Positions 1-15,600 of a stretch of 64,000 nucleotides of DNA are shown one piece after another. The DNA lies in NCBI RefSeq assembly GCF_001194135.2, contig NC_068987.1, positions 61,960,598-62,024,597 of the forward strand. Reading direction: 5' to 3'. Within the stretch, counting starts at the first letter, position 1. Each line of letters opens with the position of its first letter. The stretch comes from Octopus bimaculoides. Taxonomy: Eukaryota. Position numbers and translations under genes: made by a program. Below the pieces are notes generated by a model. It did not search any database. It saw only the letters and a program-made list of their open reading frames with translations, and was not told the origin of the DNA.

Positions 1-470
1 AATTTATGCTCAATAAAATATATTATACATGCAAACATTATACAAAACAATAAACATTTTCAAACACAACCATCTTTATCTCTCTTTACCTGGTAGCTCC
101 CACCCACTCTTATGTAATGCAAGCAGCCATATATTCCCTTTACAGAAAATATATTTCTTTTAGAGAAATGTTCTGGCCCTTTCCTTCATACTTTAACCTT
201 TCCTTACCCAAGATAAAACTACCTCACTTTCTGCTGTAGTCCCACTCAGTTGAAAAGGATTTTAGTCTTGTGAGTTACATGATGGCCTTACCAATGTTGG
301 AGCCATGATAAAAATACCCTGTGCCCTTGGTAATGTAGCTGGCATTAGGAAGGGCATTCAGCTGTAGAAACCATGCCAGAGTAGACATTGGAGCTCAATG
401 CTGTCCTCCTATCTGCTGGATTCTGTCAAACTATCCAACCCATGTCAGCATGCAGACAGATTTTAAAAGA

Positions 471-509
<39 letters not shown>

Positions 510-2457
510 CACACACACATGCATGGTAGTTTTGAACAGTGAAAATGAGTACTCAATACTGCATTGGTGGACAAATATTCTTTATTTGTGGATTAACAAG
601 GTTACTTTTGATTTCATGTAAAGAGATTCTTTACAGTTGTGCAAGCATACCACATGGAAATGTTGGTACTNNNNNNNNNNTATATATATAAATATATATA
701 TATGCATACGCACACATATAGATACATACATACATACAAACATATATATATATATATAAATATATATATATGCACACACACAAACATACATTTAAATATT
801 TATATATATGCGTGAGTGAATATACATGTGTATATATTTGTGTCTACACACACATCTGTTCAGTAGTTTCATGTACACTGAGTGCCTTAGTAGAGATGAA
901 GAAAAAATTAAGGTTAAGATGTTTAGCTAGGACTTGTTATGAAACTGACAACTTGTATTTACTATGTTGTCTTGTGAAAGAAGAAGAGTAATAGAATTAC
1001 TTTGCTGAGGAGCAGGAGTGTATGGAATTGATTAGACAAGTGAGGATTTTTTTTTCCTTTTTTCTTTCTTCTAAAACCTACAGAATGCTGATCCTGTCTT
1101 AAGAGGAATAAAATATCTTTTCTTGTTGGTATTGCCTCAGTCTGCAATTTGTCTTCTTACCAGAAACTGGTGTTGTTAATGCATTCTGGTAATGAAGTAT
1201 TGATGTTGGGATCACTTTTAAAATGTTAGGTATTTCTAAAGTGATGTTTTGTGAGAAAGGCAGAGCTAGAGAAAGTAAAAGACTTTCTGTGAATTGAATG
1301 TTAAATATATGATAAAGAGAAAGATAGATAGAGAGAGAGAGAGAGAGCATTGATAAGGGAGAGGAATAATTTAATTTAGCTAAGATTAAAGTACTAGCTG
1401 TGGTGTAGTGTGGGTTTTGGCTGCCCTGTCTAGCAACCAAATTGGTTGTTCACTTTCTTAAATGTAACATACCTTTGACTATAGCAAACATGTTTATATA
1501 AACTGATTGTTGTATGTAATCTAAACACCTTGTATATCCCATGCTATGCCCCTAAAAGACCCAGTAATTAAAACACTATATAATTAAAAGAAATAAATCA
1601 TGGAAGATTTTTTTGGTTAGGGTTAATTCAGTACTCCATGATTCCATTCAGTTAGATATTTCTCACACTAAGTTTGAGTTCAACCAAATGTCTCGTTAAA
1701 CATCTTTTTAAGCATTTGGTGTTGAACAATGCCAATATCTCGAAGTTGTGCATCTTAAAATTCAGTATAATATCTTAATTTTAATTTTACTTGCAATCTA
1801 TCTTTTGCATGCTGTGTATATCCTAAACCTTAGTATTTTTATGGCATTATGTGTTCAAAGAGTTCATGGCACTACAGATGCATAATTGTGTCTCTTAACT
1901 ATTTGTTTGATATTTAAAGAACTATGAATCTTAGTTCATCCTTGCTCTCTGCATTTTTTTTTTTTGTTATTTTTTTGGGGAGAAATTTCATTATTTAAAA
2001 GAAATTGTTCCTCTTCAACTGTTTCTATTGTTTCATGTTGATTTGTGTGTGTGTGTGATTTTTAAAAACTTTTCTTTCTTTATATATTTTCATCTATAAT
2101 TATTATTTTCCTTTATTGCACAACAGTTCGGTCAGTTTTGCAAAAAACTGTCAAATTTAATTTAAGATATAGGAAGCTCACCCACCTTAATAACTATAAT
2201 AATAATAATGATGATGATGATGATCCTTTCTACTGTAGGCACAAGGCCTGAAATTGCAGGGAAGGTGGTTAGTAGGATATCTCAACCCCAATGTTCAACT
2301 GGTACTTGTTTTAATGACCCTTTGAGGATCAAAGCAATGTCAACCTCAACAGAATTTGAACTCACGACATAAAGAACCAGAAGAAATGCCACCAAGCATG
2401 TTGTTCAGCATACTAACAATTTTGCCAGCTCACCGTCTTAATAATAATTATTGAAAA

Positions 2458-2492
<35 letters not shown>

Positions 2493-3308
2493 TAAAGTCC
2501 AGCTCTCCCACTCACTATAATTTAAATCCAACTTCTTGAAATCACATACAGACAGTGAACCTTTCATAGTATCTTGTATATCTGTGACAATGAAAATAGC
2601 ATCACTCTTGTAAGGTGCCCTTGTGAATGAAGACACCCAGAAAGTGTAATATTAATGGGAGCAGCTGCAATTCTTCAGTTGCCTGCACACCTACATCATC
2701 TGTTGTTGATGCTCTTTATGAAGTACCATTTATGTCTGTGAGATAGAGTTTTGACAATTTTTGGAAATAAAAGGCTAAATTAATAAGGCCATTGATTTCT
2801 AGGGACTTGTAATTCATTTAATTGATCAGTTCCAGAAGGATGAAAAGTAAAGTTGATTTCAGCAGGATTTGAACTCAGAATGATAATATAATGCCATAAA
2901 TTTGTACTGGGGAGGGCACAGATAAGTGATTCAGCCTTAACCCTGAAAGTGATCCTGGTTATATCATTCAGACTCCCTGATTTAAAATGTTCTTTATTAA
3001 AACTTTCCATTGAACTTTCATGTTAATTTATGTTCCAAGCACAGACTCAATAATGACAAAATTTTTTTACTAAATGATTTTTATTTTCTTCAAAATTTAT
3101 TGCATCAATGACAGTGTATTTCAACAGAAATATGGTAACCAGAAGGTTAAAATATGACTGGTATCAATTTACCATCCTCAGGATAATGAAAAGCAAAGTT
3201 AATCTTAGTGGGATTTGAACTCAGAAAGCAAGGCATGCAATTTGTGCATTCTACCATTTCAATTACTATTCAAATATCTTTGTATTTTCCCCCTTTTTTT
3301 TTAAACAG

Positions 3309-3381
3309 GTATTTTTGAAGGTAACTGAAGGCTGCTTTGAAAGAGAAAATATTGAAGCTTATGAATTAGAGAATACAGATG
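3309..3381 (+). CDS. ABCA1: ABCA exon a (73 nt, phase 0 to 1): [24 protein letters not shown]
   Basis: Acceptor ttaaacAG, donor GTataagt. VFLKV is the motif that follows TLEE at the end of ABCA regulatory domain 1. Confidence 0.85.
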
Positions 3382-5559
3382 GTATAAGTATACATACTAT
3401 GTTGTTTCTTTTGTTCTTCAATAAAAATAATTTAATAGCTTGGATAAAAGCTTTGATATAAAATGACTTAAGAAACTGAGATTTTTTTTTTTTTTTTTTT
3501 TTTTTTTTGCAACATAAGTTTGTTGAAAATGGTAATTTATTATGTGTGATTTCCCCTTTTGAAAACTGAAATCAGCTATCAGAATATATCAAGGCAAATG
3601 GGTCCGGAACTGGTTTGCTAATGTTAATAATAAGGGTCTTGACTCATATGAAATGGCTCAAAGGAAATGAGATGATTGAGGTGTTTTATTTATATCCAAC
3701 ATACAGATCTTTGGTTTACCATTGTACTTAGAAGTTATCCATTATTGATTTCTTTTGGTATCATGATGTATTTTTATCTGTTCTAAGGAAACACAATTGA
3801 AGATTGAAACAAACTATTATCTTGCAAATCACTTCTAACATATACTTCAATGGCTAAACTGGTGTTTTTATTGTAACTCTTTCACAAGCTGTTTTGACTG
3901 GTGTATTCAATCTTCATTATTTATTTTTATCTCATCCTTACATCCTTTCTGATGAATTGGTAAACTCTTTGTGTTATTCTAGCCATTTTCAATTTAGATT
4001 TATTCATTCATTTTTTTTTTTTTTATATATATACTTTCTTTTAAGTAATTCAGTTTGATCAATGTCTTTCCTATTATTTGATACAGAAACTAAAAACACA
4101 TCAAAGATTCTTTTTTTTGGTTTTTGCTTTTTTGCATCTGTTCCATTTATTTTTTGTTGTTTCCTATTGATCTTTACATTAGTCTTTTTACACATAAGAA
4201 TATCATATTCTAATACTTTATTTATTTAGTTAATTTTCCAGAGACGCTATTAACTTCTTTTTTTTTTTTTTAAGTCTGAATGATAAATTTATTCATTCAC
4301 AAAGTATGGCTAAGAATTTCCTAATAGGCTCTTTATACATTTTCTATCTTTTCTCAAGATTTTTCCTTGCTTATATGATTTCTACATCAGATTTTTTTCT
4401 CCACCAAAGCTCTATCTTCTATCAATACTGCTTTTTAAATTATAGTAATTAGACCTTTTACCCTAATTAACTTCAGCTGTGTTCTCTATGTACATTTATT
4501 TTCCAATGATTAGTAGTGTTTGTGTCAGGTCATTTGTTTCACTGTTTCACTGTTATCAATTCACCATTAACTTTACAAACCCTGTCATATTCTAAGTCAC
4601 TTTCAGTGACACAACGCATAACTTTTAGCCTAAATTTTATTGGCTTCTTGTATATCAGTATTTACCAAATTACTTGTTCTGCTCACATTTTCAGCAGCTG
4701 TCACTATTATCTGACATCAGATACTTTTATTGAATATTTTCTAATGCTTTAAATTATTCAGTATTTTCCTTGTTTCCTTTTTTTTTTCTTTTTATCTTTT
4801 AATTACCTTTCAGATCTCTTACCTATACTTCTTCAGTTTTTTCTTATATTTGTGACACAATCACAAGCAACTGTTTGTTTTAAAGAATGTTTTAACATCA
4901 TTATTTATGTTGAGGGAAATACATATCCACAAACGCACACATGCATGTGTGCATATACATAGCACATATACGTATGCAGACATATAATGCAATTGATTAT
5001 ATGTTTGTGTTATAGTGTATGTGTTTTTGCACATATATGTTTAACAGTTGAGGGAACCCGTGGAAGAGGTAGGCCCAGGAAGACCTGGGCTGAGGTGGTG
5101 AGGCAAGACCTTCGTACATTGGGCCTCACCGAGGCGATGACTACGGACCGAGACCTTTGGAAATGGGCTGTGCGTGAGAAGACCCGGCAAGCCAAGTAAG
5201 ATCGTTGCCAGTGCCCCTGGACTGGTTCTTGTGCGGGTGGCACATGAGATGCACCATTTTGAGCGTGGCCGTTGCCAGTACCGCCTGACTGGCTCCTGTA
5301 GGATTTTCGAGCGAGATCGTTGCCAGTGCCCCTGGACTGGCTTGTGCGGGTGGCACATAAAAGACACCATTTCGAGCGTGGCCGTTTTCGTGCGGNNNNN
5401 NNNNNNNNNNNNNNNNNNNNNNNNNNNNNNNNNNNNNNNNNNNNNNNNNNNNNNNNNNNNNNNNNNNNNNNNCTCAGTCAAATCGTCCAACCCATGCTAG
5501 CATGGAAAGCGGACGTTAAACGATGATGATGATGATGATGATGATGTTTATATAAAGTA

Positions 5560-5633
<74 letters not shown>

Positions 5634-7753
5634 GTGACGGGAGAGGAGACAGCAGATAGTGAGAGAGGACAATGTGAGTGAGAAGCAGTTAGTGTGAGAA
5701 AACAGTTGAAATGAGCCAAAACAAATGAAAGAGAGGCAAGTCAAGTAAGAAGTTAGGTAATCAGAGAGAGAGAGAGAGAAAGAATCAATTATAAAGTGAC
5801 TGGAAGAGGGTGACTGATTTTATGTCACCATTTTGAACTGAATAACATTACAAGTAAAGATGATAGGATGAATGAATGAATTTTAGTGTCAGGTTTCATT
5901 GTTTGTTTATAACTTCTTTTTGGGTGGTGGTGCCAAACTCTATCATGTTTGTCTGTATCTTCTTTCTGTGAGGGAGAGATGGGTACACAAGGACATGGCA
6001 TGTGAGAGTTGAAATTTATTCATTATAGGCACAGGCAGGGCTGTGTGATAAGAAGCTTGCTTCCCAACCACGTGGTTCTGGGTTCAGTCCCACTGCATAG
6101 CACCTTGGACAAGTGTCTTCTACTATATCTTCAGACTGATCAAAGCTTTGTGAGGGGATTTGATAGAAGGAAATTGAAAGAAGCCCCTCATGTGCGTGTT
6201 TGTCTCCAACCACCATTGACAACCAGTGTTGGGATAAGTACCAAGCTTAAAAAAAAAAAGGTATTGTGATCAATGCCTTTGACTAAAAATTCCTCAAGGC
6301 AGTGTCCCAGCTTGATTGTAGTCTAATGACTGAAACAAGTAAAAACTATAAATATATTTGAGAGAAAGAAACAAAATTTTAAGGGAGGTAGAGGTTAGTC
6401 AATGCTGTTGACTGGTACTTTATTTTATCAAACCTGAAGGGATTAAAGGCAAAGTTGATTTTGGATGTATTTGATCATATTATTTGATTGATCAGTTCGA
6501 AAGGGATGAACAGTAAAATTGATTTCAGCAGGATTTGAACCCAGAATAATAATATAATCCTTTCCACTACAGGCACAAGGCCAATAATTTCAGGGAAGAG
6601 GGTAAGTTGAATACATCTCCTCCAGTGCTCAACTGCTACTTATTTTATTGACCCCAAAAGGATGACAGGCAAAGTCAACCTTGGTGGAATTTGAACTGAG
6701 AATGTAAAGATGGACAAAATGCCACTAAGCATTTTGTCCAGCATGCTAATGGTTTTACCAGCTCACCACCTTATTTGAAAGACAGATGAAATACCTATTT
6801 CTTTACTGCCCACAAGGGGTTATACACAGAGGGGACAAACAAGGACAGACAAACAGATTAAGTCGATTATATCGACCCCAGTGCGTAACTGGTACTTATT
6901 TAATCGACCCCGAAAGGATGAAAGGCAAAGTCGACCTCGGCGGAATTTGAACTCAGAACGTAGCGGCAGACGAAATACCGCTAAGCATTTCGCCCGGCGT
7001 GCTAACGGTTCTGCCAGCTCGCCGCCTTTCTTCTCATAATTCTCATTTCTTTATTGCCCACAAGGGGCTAAACATACCGCTAAGCATTTTGTTCAGCATG
7101 CTAACGATTCTGACAGCTCACCACCTTACCCAGAATAATAATGTAATGCTATATAATTGTTCAAGAAGGGACACAGATAATTGAATCAACCTTAAAATAT
7201 GATTGGGTTTATGATACAATACAGCTGAAATTTATTTATGACAAAATATATTGGAGGGAAAGCAATAATTACAATTCTCTTGTTACAGTATAATGATTTG
7301 TAATCTAAGTATAAGATCAGGAGATTTTGGAAGGATTATATATGTTACTGACACCAGTAATTGATGTGAGGGCAGGGGTATAATTGACTGAATTGACCCC
7401 CTGTACTTGAAATAATTAGCACCTAACTAGCTGTCAAATACTAGGAGTTGATTTTTAATTGATTATATTATTACTGAATAACTTGCAGTTCCAACAGTAG
7501 ATTTGCTAAAGTTATGTCCACATCAAAGGATGTATATATCCAGTCTGGTGAGGAGACACACACCCACACATATATATATATATATAAATGATGAATGTGA
7601 TGAGACTATGATGACATTGATGAAGATGGTGATGAGGATGATGATTAAGAATTATGAATGGGATGGTAGGAGTAATGTGATAGTGATGGGAGTGATGAAT
7701 ATACTTTCTTAAAGATATTTCAAGCACATTTTAATATAGCTGACCACAGCGAC

Positions 7754-7817
<64 letters not shown>

Positions 7818-9557
7818 GTTTCAAATTTTACCACTTGGGCAGCAATTTTGTGGAAGGGGATGAGTCGATTACATCGACCGTAGTGTTCAACTGGTGCTCA
7901 TTTCATTGACCCCGAAAGGACGAAAGGTAAAGTTGATCTCAACGGCATTTGAACTCAGAATTTAGCAACAGGTGAAATACTGCTAAGCATTTCATCTAGT
8001 GTGCTAATGATTCTGCCAGCTTGTCACCTTAATAATGATGATGATGATGATGACGAACATTGTTTTATCTTAGTATAAAAGATGGGCTACAGCAAATATT
8101 CTGTTCAATACCACAGATTTGCTTGTCAGTTGCTTGACCTTAACCAGTTGAGCATGTCCTTTAGTGGCTGACGATATGTGCATCTCTGATCATGAGCAGA
8201 AGTAGTGAAGAAGCATCATAGCCATATGCTGAATTCTTTGGGGTTTGGATAATTTACCTTTGGAAACATGGATATTCTGTTCAACATCCTTAAACAACCC
8301 TTATTCAGGGACCTTTTGAGCAGGATGGGCTACTCGACCTGAAGAAAGTTCTTACTGGGCCCCACTTGCAAGGTCATGTGCTATTAATCTTGATATGAGA
8401 TCACTATGTCATGCTCATGTGGTTGTGATGCATGTTCCTGGTATACCCTTATCAGACGGTTAGTCATGATGGGTATAATGGGCTTCGTATATTTTACCCC
8501 AGTGTCACTTTGATGGCATGCACTGCTCTCTCAATCAATAATAATGATAATAATTACAATAATAACTTCTGATGATGATGGGAATGTGCAAAGAAGAGTG
8601 GTACTGAGCAATGATGGTACTGCTGCTTCTGATAATGCTAATGAAAATGCTGCGATAATGATGTAGTTGAGAATGGTTCCAGCAGGTGGGAAGGTGAGGT
8701 GAGTGATTGTGATGATGACAATGACAATGATGACAGCAATGATAATGGGGATGGAGTAGGGACTGATGGTGATGAAGACACTGATGCCAGAGATGGCAAT
8801 GACAGCAGTGGCAGTAAAAATTATGATGGTGGGGGAGGATTGGAACACTGGTGGCAATGGTGGTGGTGGTGGCAGCAGAGGCAATGATGAGGAGTATGAT
8901 GATTTTTTTTCTTCCCTAGAGTTGCTTCAAGCACATTTCTGACTGTAACCCAACATCAATGCTCCAATGCACCCCTTAATTTTATGTCTACATTCGTTCT
9001 CATTCCTCAAACCTTTGCTTCCTTCTCCTCATCCTTGTCCTCTTCCTCCGCCATTACCTTATACCTTCCTGATTTATGCGGAAGTAAATAATGTGCTTGA
9101 AATGCTTGGATGGAGTTGATAAGGAATTATAGAGTGAACTGCAAGTAATTGTCTACATTACCGTAGTTATGTTCAAGTAGATTATGACTCGTTACACGTT
9201 TTGATTATTGGAAAGGAGAGTGATAATCAAGAACTAGTTTTGGCAAGGCATTGCTACTGCATTTGGCAATAAGAATGTGGGAGTGTGGGAGTAATCAGAT
9301 TGAAACAGATGGCACTTGTAAATTCGTAGTAAATGAAGGATGACTGCTTAATGGATGAGCAAACATATGTGCAGTCACATACATGCACACACACACATGC
9401 ATGCACATGTACACACACACACACTCACACACACATGCACACATGCATTTGTGTGTGTGTGTATGTGTGAACACATTAAATATATGAATATAATTGTATA
9501 CATACATAAGTGGCTTTGTGTGTGCACCTATGTGTATGTAAGTCTCTTTTATATATA

Positions 9558-9596
<39 letters not shown>

Positions 9597-9606
9597 GCTT
9601 GTGTGA

Positions 9607-9643
<37 letters not shown>

Positions 9644-12600
9644 CACTTTATATATTTGTATATACTCATATATAAATATATAAAACTTTAGTATACATGT
9701 ATGATTATATAAGCATTTACAGGAACCTACACATATACGTGTTTACATATATATGCACACACACACACATACGTTCATAGATACATTTATTCTACTTATA
9801 TTCAAGAGAAAGAAGAGAGAGAGGGGGAAGGAGGGAAAAGAAAGAGAAGAATAAGAAGGAGGAGAAGTAGGAGGAGAGAGAGAGAGAAATGCAATATTAA
9901 CCTGAGAGAATTAGAATGACTGAAATCAGAAACAATGTAATTGAGAAATTGTCATATTGACCTATCTGATATATACGCTTCTTGTGAATATCTCTCTACC
10001 AACTAGAAATAGCAGCCAAATCTCCCTCAGTTCATATCCTACAGTCATGAGAAAGAGAAGACCACATTGGATAATATATTCTTTGATACTCCAAAACAAA
10101 AGAACAAGATGGTTCTGGCTTGAACACTTTTTGTCATAATTATGCTCATTCAGGTTTGACCTGGGACTAAATAGCAGCATCAATAGATTCCTAATGGTTT
10201 GAAAAATAAAAATGGGGCTTATTTAGAGTTTGAGCGTCTGTTTAGTGATACATAGATCTATACACATGCATGCATGTATACGTGCATGTTTACATACATG
10301 TATATATGTGTGCGTACATACAGATACATAGGCACTGAATTTTGAAAAGTAGTCTGGAGGCAAAAAAGTTACAACCTTGATTTGAAACTACATCAGCTGA
10401 AGCAAGAACTTACTGCCATAGCTGGAAAACTACAACATTGTGCATGTGTGTGTGTATGTATGTGTTTGTGTGTGTGCATTTGTATGTGTGTGTGTGTGTG
10501 AATGTACATACTGTTTACTATATAAGCAATGCATATTAGCCAAAGTTGTAAACATTACTGATTTGTGTATGTGCACTGTTTACTCTGTCAGAAATGCATA
10601 TTACCAAAAGTTGTGAGAGATCTAAAAAGCTTGTATTTTTGAGCAAAAATTCTTCTTAGTTTTTGTTGCACTCATTATGTCCGGGCATCTCCTTGTCACT
10701 TTTGCTGTTGGAAATGCACTTGTTGACAAACTGCTAATTATCAACCAAATTTAATTTTAACAGTCACAGCTGATTAAGTGGTATAAATGATAGCCTGTCT
10801 AAAGATTCTGTCAAACAGAGCTATTTAACTCTCAATCATATGATTGTACTGATTCAGTTTTCTTATTTTTTTTATTTTTTTAATAAATTTTATGGGTAGT
10901 TCTAGGGACAATATAATTAGGGTATATGTAGATTACTCAAAGAATTAAACTGAAATTGTTTCGAAGGTCCCCAGTATATCCTTGTTTTGATCATCTCAAA
11001 GGTACTCTACAAATGCAATAGTTCAGAATACATAATTTATATAAAACTCACTTTGCAACCACAAGGTTTTAGGTTCAATTCCATTGTACATCCCCTTGTG
11101 AGAGTCTTGTATTATTGTCCTGGGTGACCAATATCATGGGAGTGAATTTAGTAGTTGGAAACCGAGTGGAAGCCTGTTGTGTATGTGTTTGTCCCTCCCA
11201 CCACTTAGCAACCAGTGTTGGTTTGTTTATACTCCAGGGACTTAGCTGATAGGATAAGTCCCAGACTTAAAAAATAAGTGCTAGGGTACCCCAGCATGGT
11301 CTCAGTCCAATGACTGAAACAAGTAAAGGATAAAAGATAAGAGATTGTACATTAAATTACATTACGAAATACTCAGATAATTTGTCATCAGAAGTTGTGT
11401 TTAATGTTGGTCCTTCAAATTATAAAATAAATCACCAAAGGATTTTAACCCTTTAACTGCAAAAGTAAATTTCATGGTTATTCTAGTAATGATGTTAAGT
11501 ATCTACCAAAAAAAATGGAATTGGTATATTCTTTAATTCACGTTGCCTTGGTGAACTTGATATACCTCAATAAAAAATAATTTCAAACATGACATTTTCC
11601 AACAAAAGAATGATTGATATATAAATCTGCTTTCTGTAGTAAAAGGGTTAAAGAGTAGTACAATACTTTGCAAGACATATTATTGAAATGACTGACAACT
11701 TAAGAGTTTACTGTTCAAATCTGACGACTGCCATATAAGACAATAAAGCTTCTAGAGTAATGTAATTCTCTATTGCTATAACTTTTATTTCAACTAGTCT
11801 TGACATTTTATATCCCATATAATGTCTCCTTCATATTCAAGTAAGAAACTTTATTACCAAGTCTTTGAGTTTGCATGTTGTAGTGCAAGCAAAGTCAAAG
11901 ACTTAATAGTAATAGTTGTGTGTATACTTATGTATCATCATCATTATCATCATCACTTGATGTCTGTTCCATGCTGGCATGCTTTGGATGGTTTGACAAG
12001 AACTGGAAGTTACAGGACTGTGCTGAGCTCCAGTGTTGGCTTTGACATGGTTTCTATGGCTTCATGTCAGTTCTTAAGGCCAATTGCATTTCTGTTATAC
12101 TGGATGCGTTTTACATGCAATTGGTACTAGTGAGATTACCAAGTAAGTTTCAAGACAACAAAGAACTGAAATTGAAAAAGGCTCCTGTGGCTGTGTGTGG
12201 GTGGAGAGTATTAGGAAAGGAGAGGGGGTATTATGCCAGTTGCTGAGAAACTAAAGTATCATAGAAGGACAAGCATATATATATTTATATTGCAGAGAGA
12301 AGAGAGGGGACAGAGTGTATGCATGTATGTATGAGGGTTGTGATCAATTTCTCCTTTATCAAGTGAAGCATAATAATAATTATTTACTGTAATTGGATTC
12401 TTAATTTTAGCTGGAATCTTGCCTCGATCAATTAACAGAGATAGCTTCAGAAGACGTTTGAAAAATAAAATCTTCAAATTGAAAGATTCTGAAAAACCAG
12501 ATGATAAAGTTGTATTAGGTAAGAATCTTTTTTTTTTAACCTTTTTAATTTAAATTTTCCAATTTGTATTTATCATTGAGCATGATTACTCTTTATAAAT

Positions 12601-15600
12601 TAATTTGTTAGTGTGAATACATACCAGGATTCAGCTAAAAATGACTACTCTTATTTGCAAAACTGTGCATTCATTGACAGTGTTGTTTGATTAATTAATT
12701 AATTAATTTACATACACTTTAAGAAGTGTAGGTACACTTGTACTAAAACATTTTATATCATCCAATGAATGTTGCTATCTTGTGCTAACAATGATTACTG
12801 AATTAATTAACCATTTACCAACAAATGTGCTGTTATGCAAGTTAGATTAGTCATTTCAGCTGAATCTGGTTTGTGTTTGATATAAATTCTGGATAGAAAT
12901 TCTGGGTACTTGTTTTCTGATGAATTTCTGAAGAGAAATTCTTCTTCTTCAGTTATAATAATGAAGATAATAACAATGATATTAATGATAACAGTGTCAG
13001 GTTTATAATAATCTCTTTATGTTGGAATGAGCTGAGTAACCATGTCTCAGGATGTACAAGGTGATAATCTTATTAGCTGTAGATATGAGTTCAAATCCAC
13101 AACAGTTTTTTGCCTTGTATTTGGCCAGTACACTTAAATTCTACATTTCTTCAACACAACAGTTTTGAGAGTGTCAGATGTGGTATTTTTACTTAACTAG
13201 TATCCTTTCCAGGGGATGTTTTTTTTTCTCTTAGTTGCTTAATACCATAAAACCAGAGACAAACACTGGCATTTAACCCTTGTTCCATGCTTTCCAATCC
13301 ATGGTACTGGACTCAGCATGCTCGAGGTCAAGGCACTGCAACTTCAGGTTTTTCTCAATTTGTTTCGCCCATGTCTTCTTTGGTACACTGCACTGAAATT
13401 AGATTGGTCAAAACAATTCCTATATTTTTGTCCCACAAAGAGATACAAAGATGTGCTAACATCTGTTTACATATTGCAGTAAAGCTTATGACTGAATAAT
13501 TACAGGTGTATTTACATTAAAATGTTTGATCTCATTTATTTATATGTTATTTTCGAATTTGCTACATAGTTTTAAGAATAGGAGTAGAACATAACCCAAT
13601 TTCTGAAGGCTCGTGCCACTTTATTAATTTACAATTTGTACTGCTATTATGACATGGTTTATTTGACATCCCATGAAATCATCTGATCATTTAACAATTG
13701 CGAGTTGTATTCACAGGTAGGTGAATTGTACTGTTCATAACTGCGTATAGTTACTAGGAATACTGTACAGCAGTTTTGATGCTTCATAGACTACCTAAAC
13801 ACTGCAGCCAACTGCAATTCTCACCTGTCTAATCAACTTTATTCATAATATGAGCATGTTTGGTGGTAGTATATGATTCTTTTATTCTTTTACTCGTTTC
13901 AGTCATTTGAGTGTGGCCATGCTGGAGCACCGACTTGAAGGGTTCTAGTCGAACAAATCGACCCCAGGACTTATTATTTTAAAGCCTAGTACTTATTTTA
14001 TTGGTCTCTTTTGCTGAACCTCTAAGTTACAGGGACATAAACACACCAACACCAGTTGTCAAGGGGTGATAGGGAAACAAAGACACACACGCACTCATAC
14101 ACACACACACATACATACACACACACACACATACATACATGCATACATACATACACACATACATACATACATACATGCATATGACAGGTTCTTTCAGTAT
14201 CTCTCTACCAAATCCACTCAAGGCTTTGGTTAGCTCAAGGCTATAGTAGAAGACACTTGCCCAAAGTGCCACACAATGGGACTGAACCCAGGACCATGTG
14301 GTTGGGAAGCAAGCTTCTTACCACACAGCTACAACTGCGCCTATGTTAGAGAAAGAAAAGTACTACAGGTTACGATGCAAGCTAGTTGTGTGGTAAGAAG
14401 TTTTCTTCCCAATCTTCCCAACCACGTGGTTTCAGGTTCAGTCCCACTGCATGGCATCTTGGGCAAATGTCTTCTACTATAGCCACAGGCCAACCAAAAA
14501 CCTTGTGAATAGATTTGGTAAACAGAAACTGAAAGAAGTCTGTTGTGTGTGTGTGCTTGTTTTTGTCCTTGACCACCACTTGACAACTAGTGTTGGTTTG
14601 TTTACATCCCCGTAACTTAGCAGTTTGGCAAAAGAGATTGATAAAAGAAGTATCAGGCTTTAAAAGGTACTGGGATCAATTTGTTCGACTAAAAATGTTG
14701 TAAGGCAGAGTCCCAGCATGACCACAGTCTAATAACTGAAACAAGTAAAACAAAAGTAAAAATAAAGTATAAAAAAAATTCTTGTCATCATTATTAGCTG
14801 AGTAAAGAATTTGCGAATCTGTTAAGTTTCTTTAATTAATTATTTTTAGTTTTATTTTTTACTTTTACTATTTACAGGTTTTTTTTTTTTTAAACTTGAT
14901 GAAAAATATCTTGATACTTTTTTTTTTTCCTAATCTAAGAAAATTTGTTTTACTTCAACAAAAATTCAGCAATCTATTTTGTTCCTTGCAGCCAAAGTTA
15001 GAATTTTCTGCAGAAAATCTACAGTCAATTCATGTGAATGAAAGTGTGAGGTGGAGGATGTATGTGGTAGGAGGGCATACAAAAATGTATTGATTTTCTT
15101 TTTATAACATCTTTTTCTCATAAAGGCTATGGCTACTTTGAGTGGAATATCTTTGCAGACAGATTTATCCACAGGGATGCTAAGTGACTTTCTTAAAACT
15201 ACCTAATCAATTTAAGAATGGTACATTTCTTTATTTAGATCTATAAAAGCCGGAAGGCAGTATAGATGGCTATTTAATCAACTTGATTGCATTGTCAATA
15301 TAGTACATATTGTATGAAATTCATGTTTTATGGTCAAGGTTTTAATAACACGTCACTTATCAATGGACTAATACCAGTATCTCTTGTGGCAAACTAAAAC
15401 CATAATTAATATTTGAATCATGATTGTCTACTTCTTTGAAAGTGGCTTTTCATTATTATCTATGATTTATTAAATATGTATTATTTCAAACTCTATTTAC
15501 AATGAAAATCTTAATTTATATCATGATCATCATCGTCATCATCATGAGATTCTATGGCTATTCCAGTCTTTGACAGCTGCCTTTGTACATTTTATGAAGT

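Noticed and set aside
388-991. ORFs rich in YI, HT and CV repeats (also 5478-5744, 9295-9669, 14027-14272, 60143-60421)
   Set aside because: Translations of (TA)n, (CA)n and (TG)n microsatellites and SINE pieces; no coding signal.
5200-5395. Regularly repeated 30-60-nt units resembling a CRISPR array (also 37320-37550)
   Set aside because: Eukaryotic context, no unique spacers and no cas genes; these are internal repeats of the RTE 3' UTR.
6900-7026. tRNA-like A and B boxes (many copies)
   Set aside because: SINE heads followed by shared cores and tails; no cloverleaf or anticodon arm, so not tRNA genes.
8531-8887. Asp/Asn/Gly-rich and Pro/Ile-rich ORFs
   Set aside because: Degenerate (GAT)/(GGT) trinucleotide low-complexity tract with no splice or homology support.
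9070-9100. gcggaagt ETS-like motif as the promoter of a nested gene
   Set aside because: A single short motif, expected by chance, with no CpG island, ORF or exon support.
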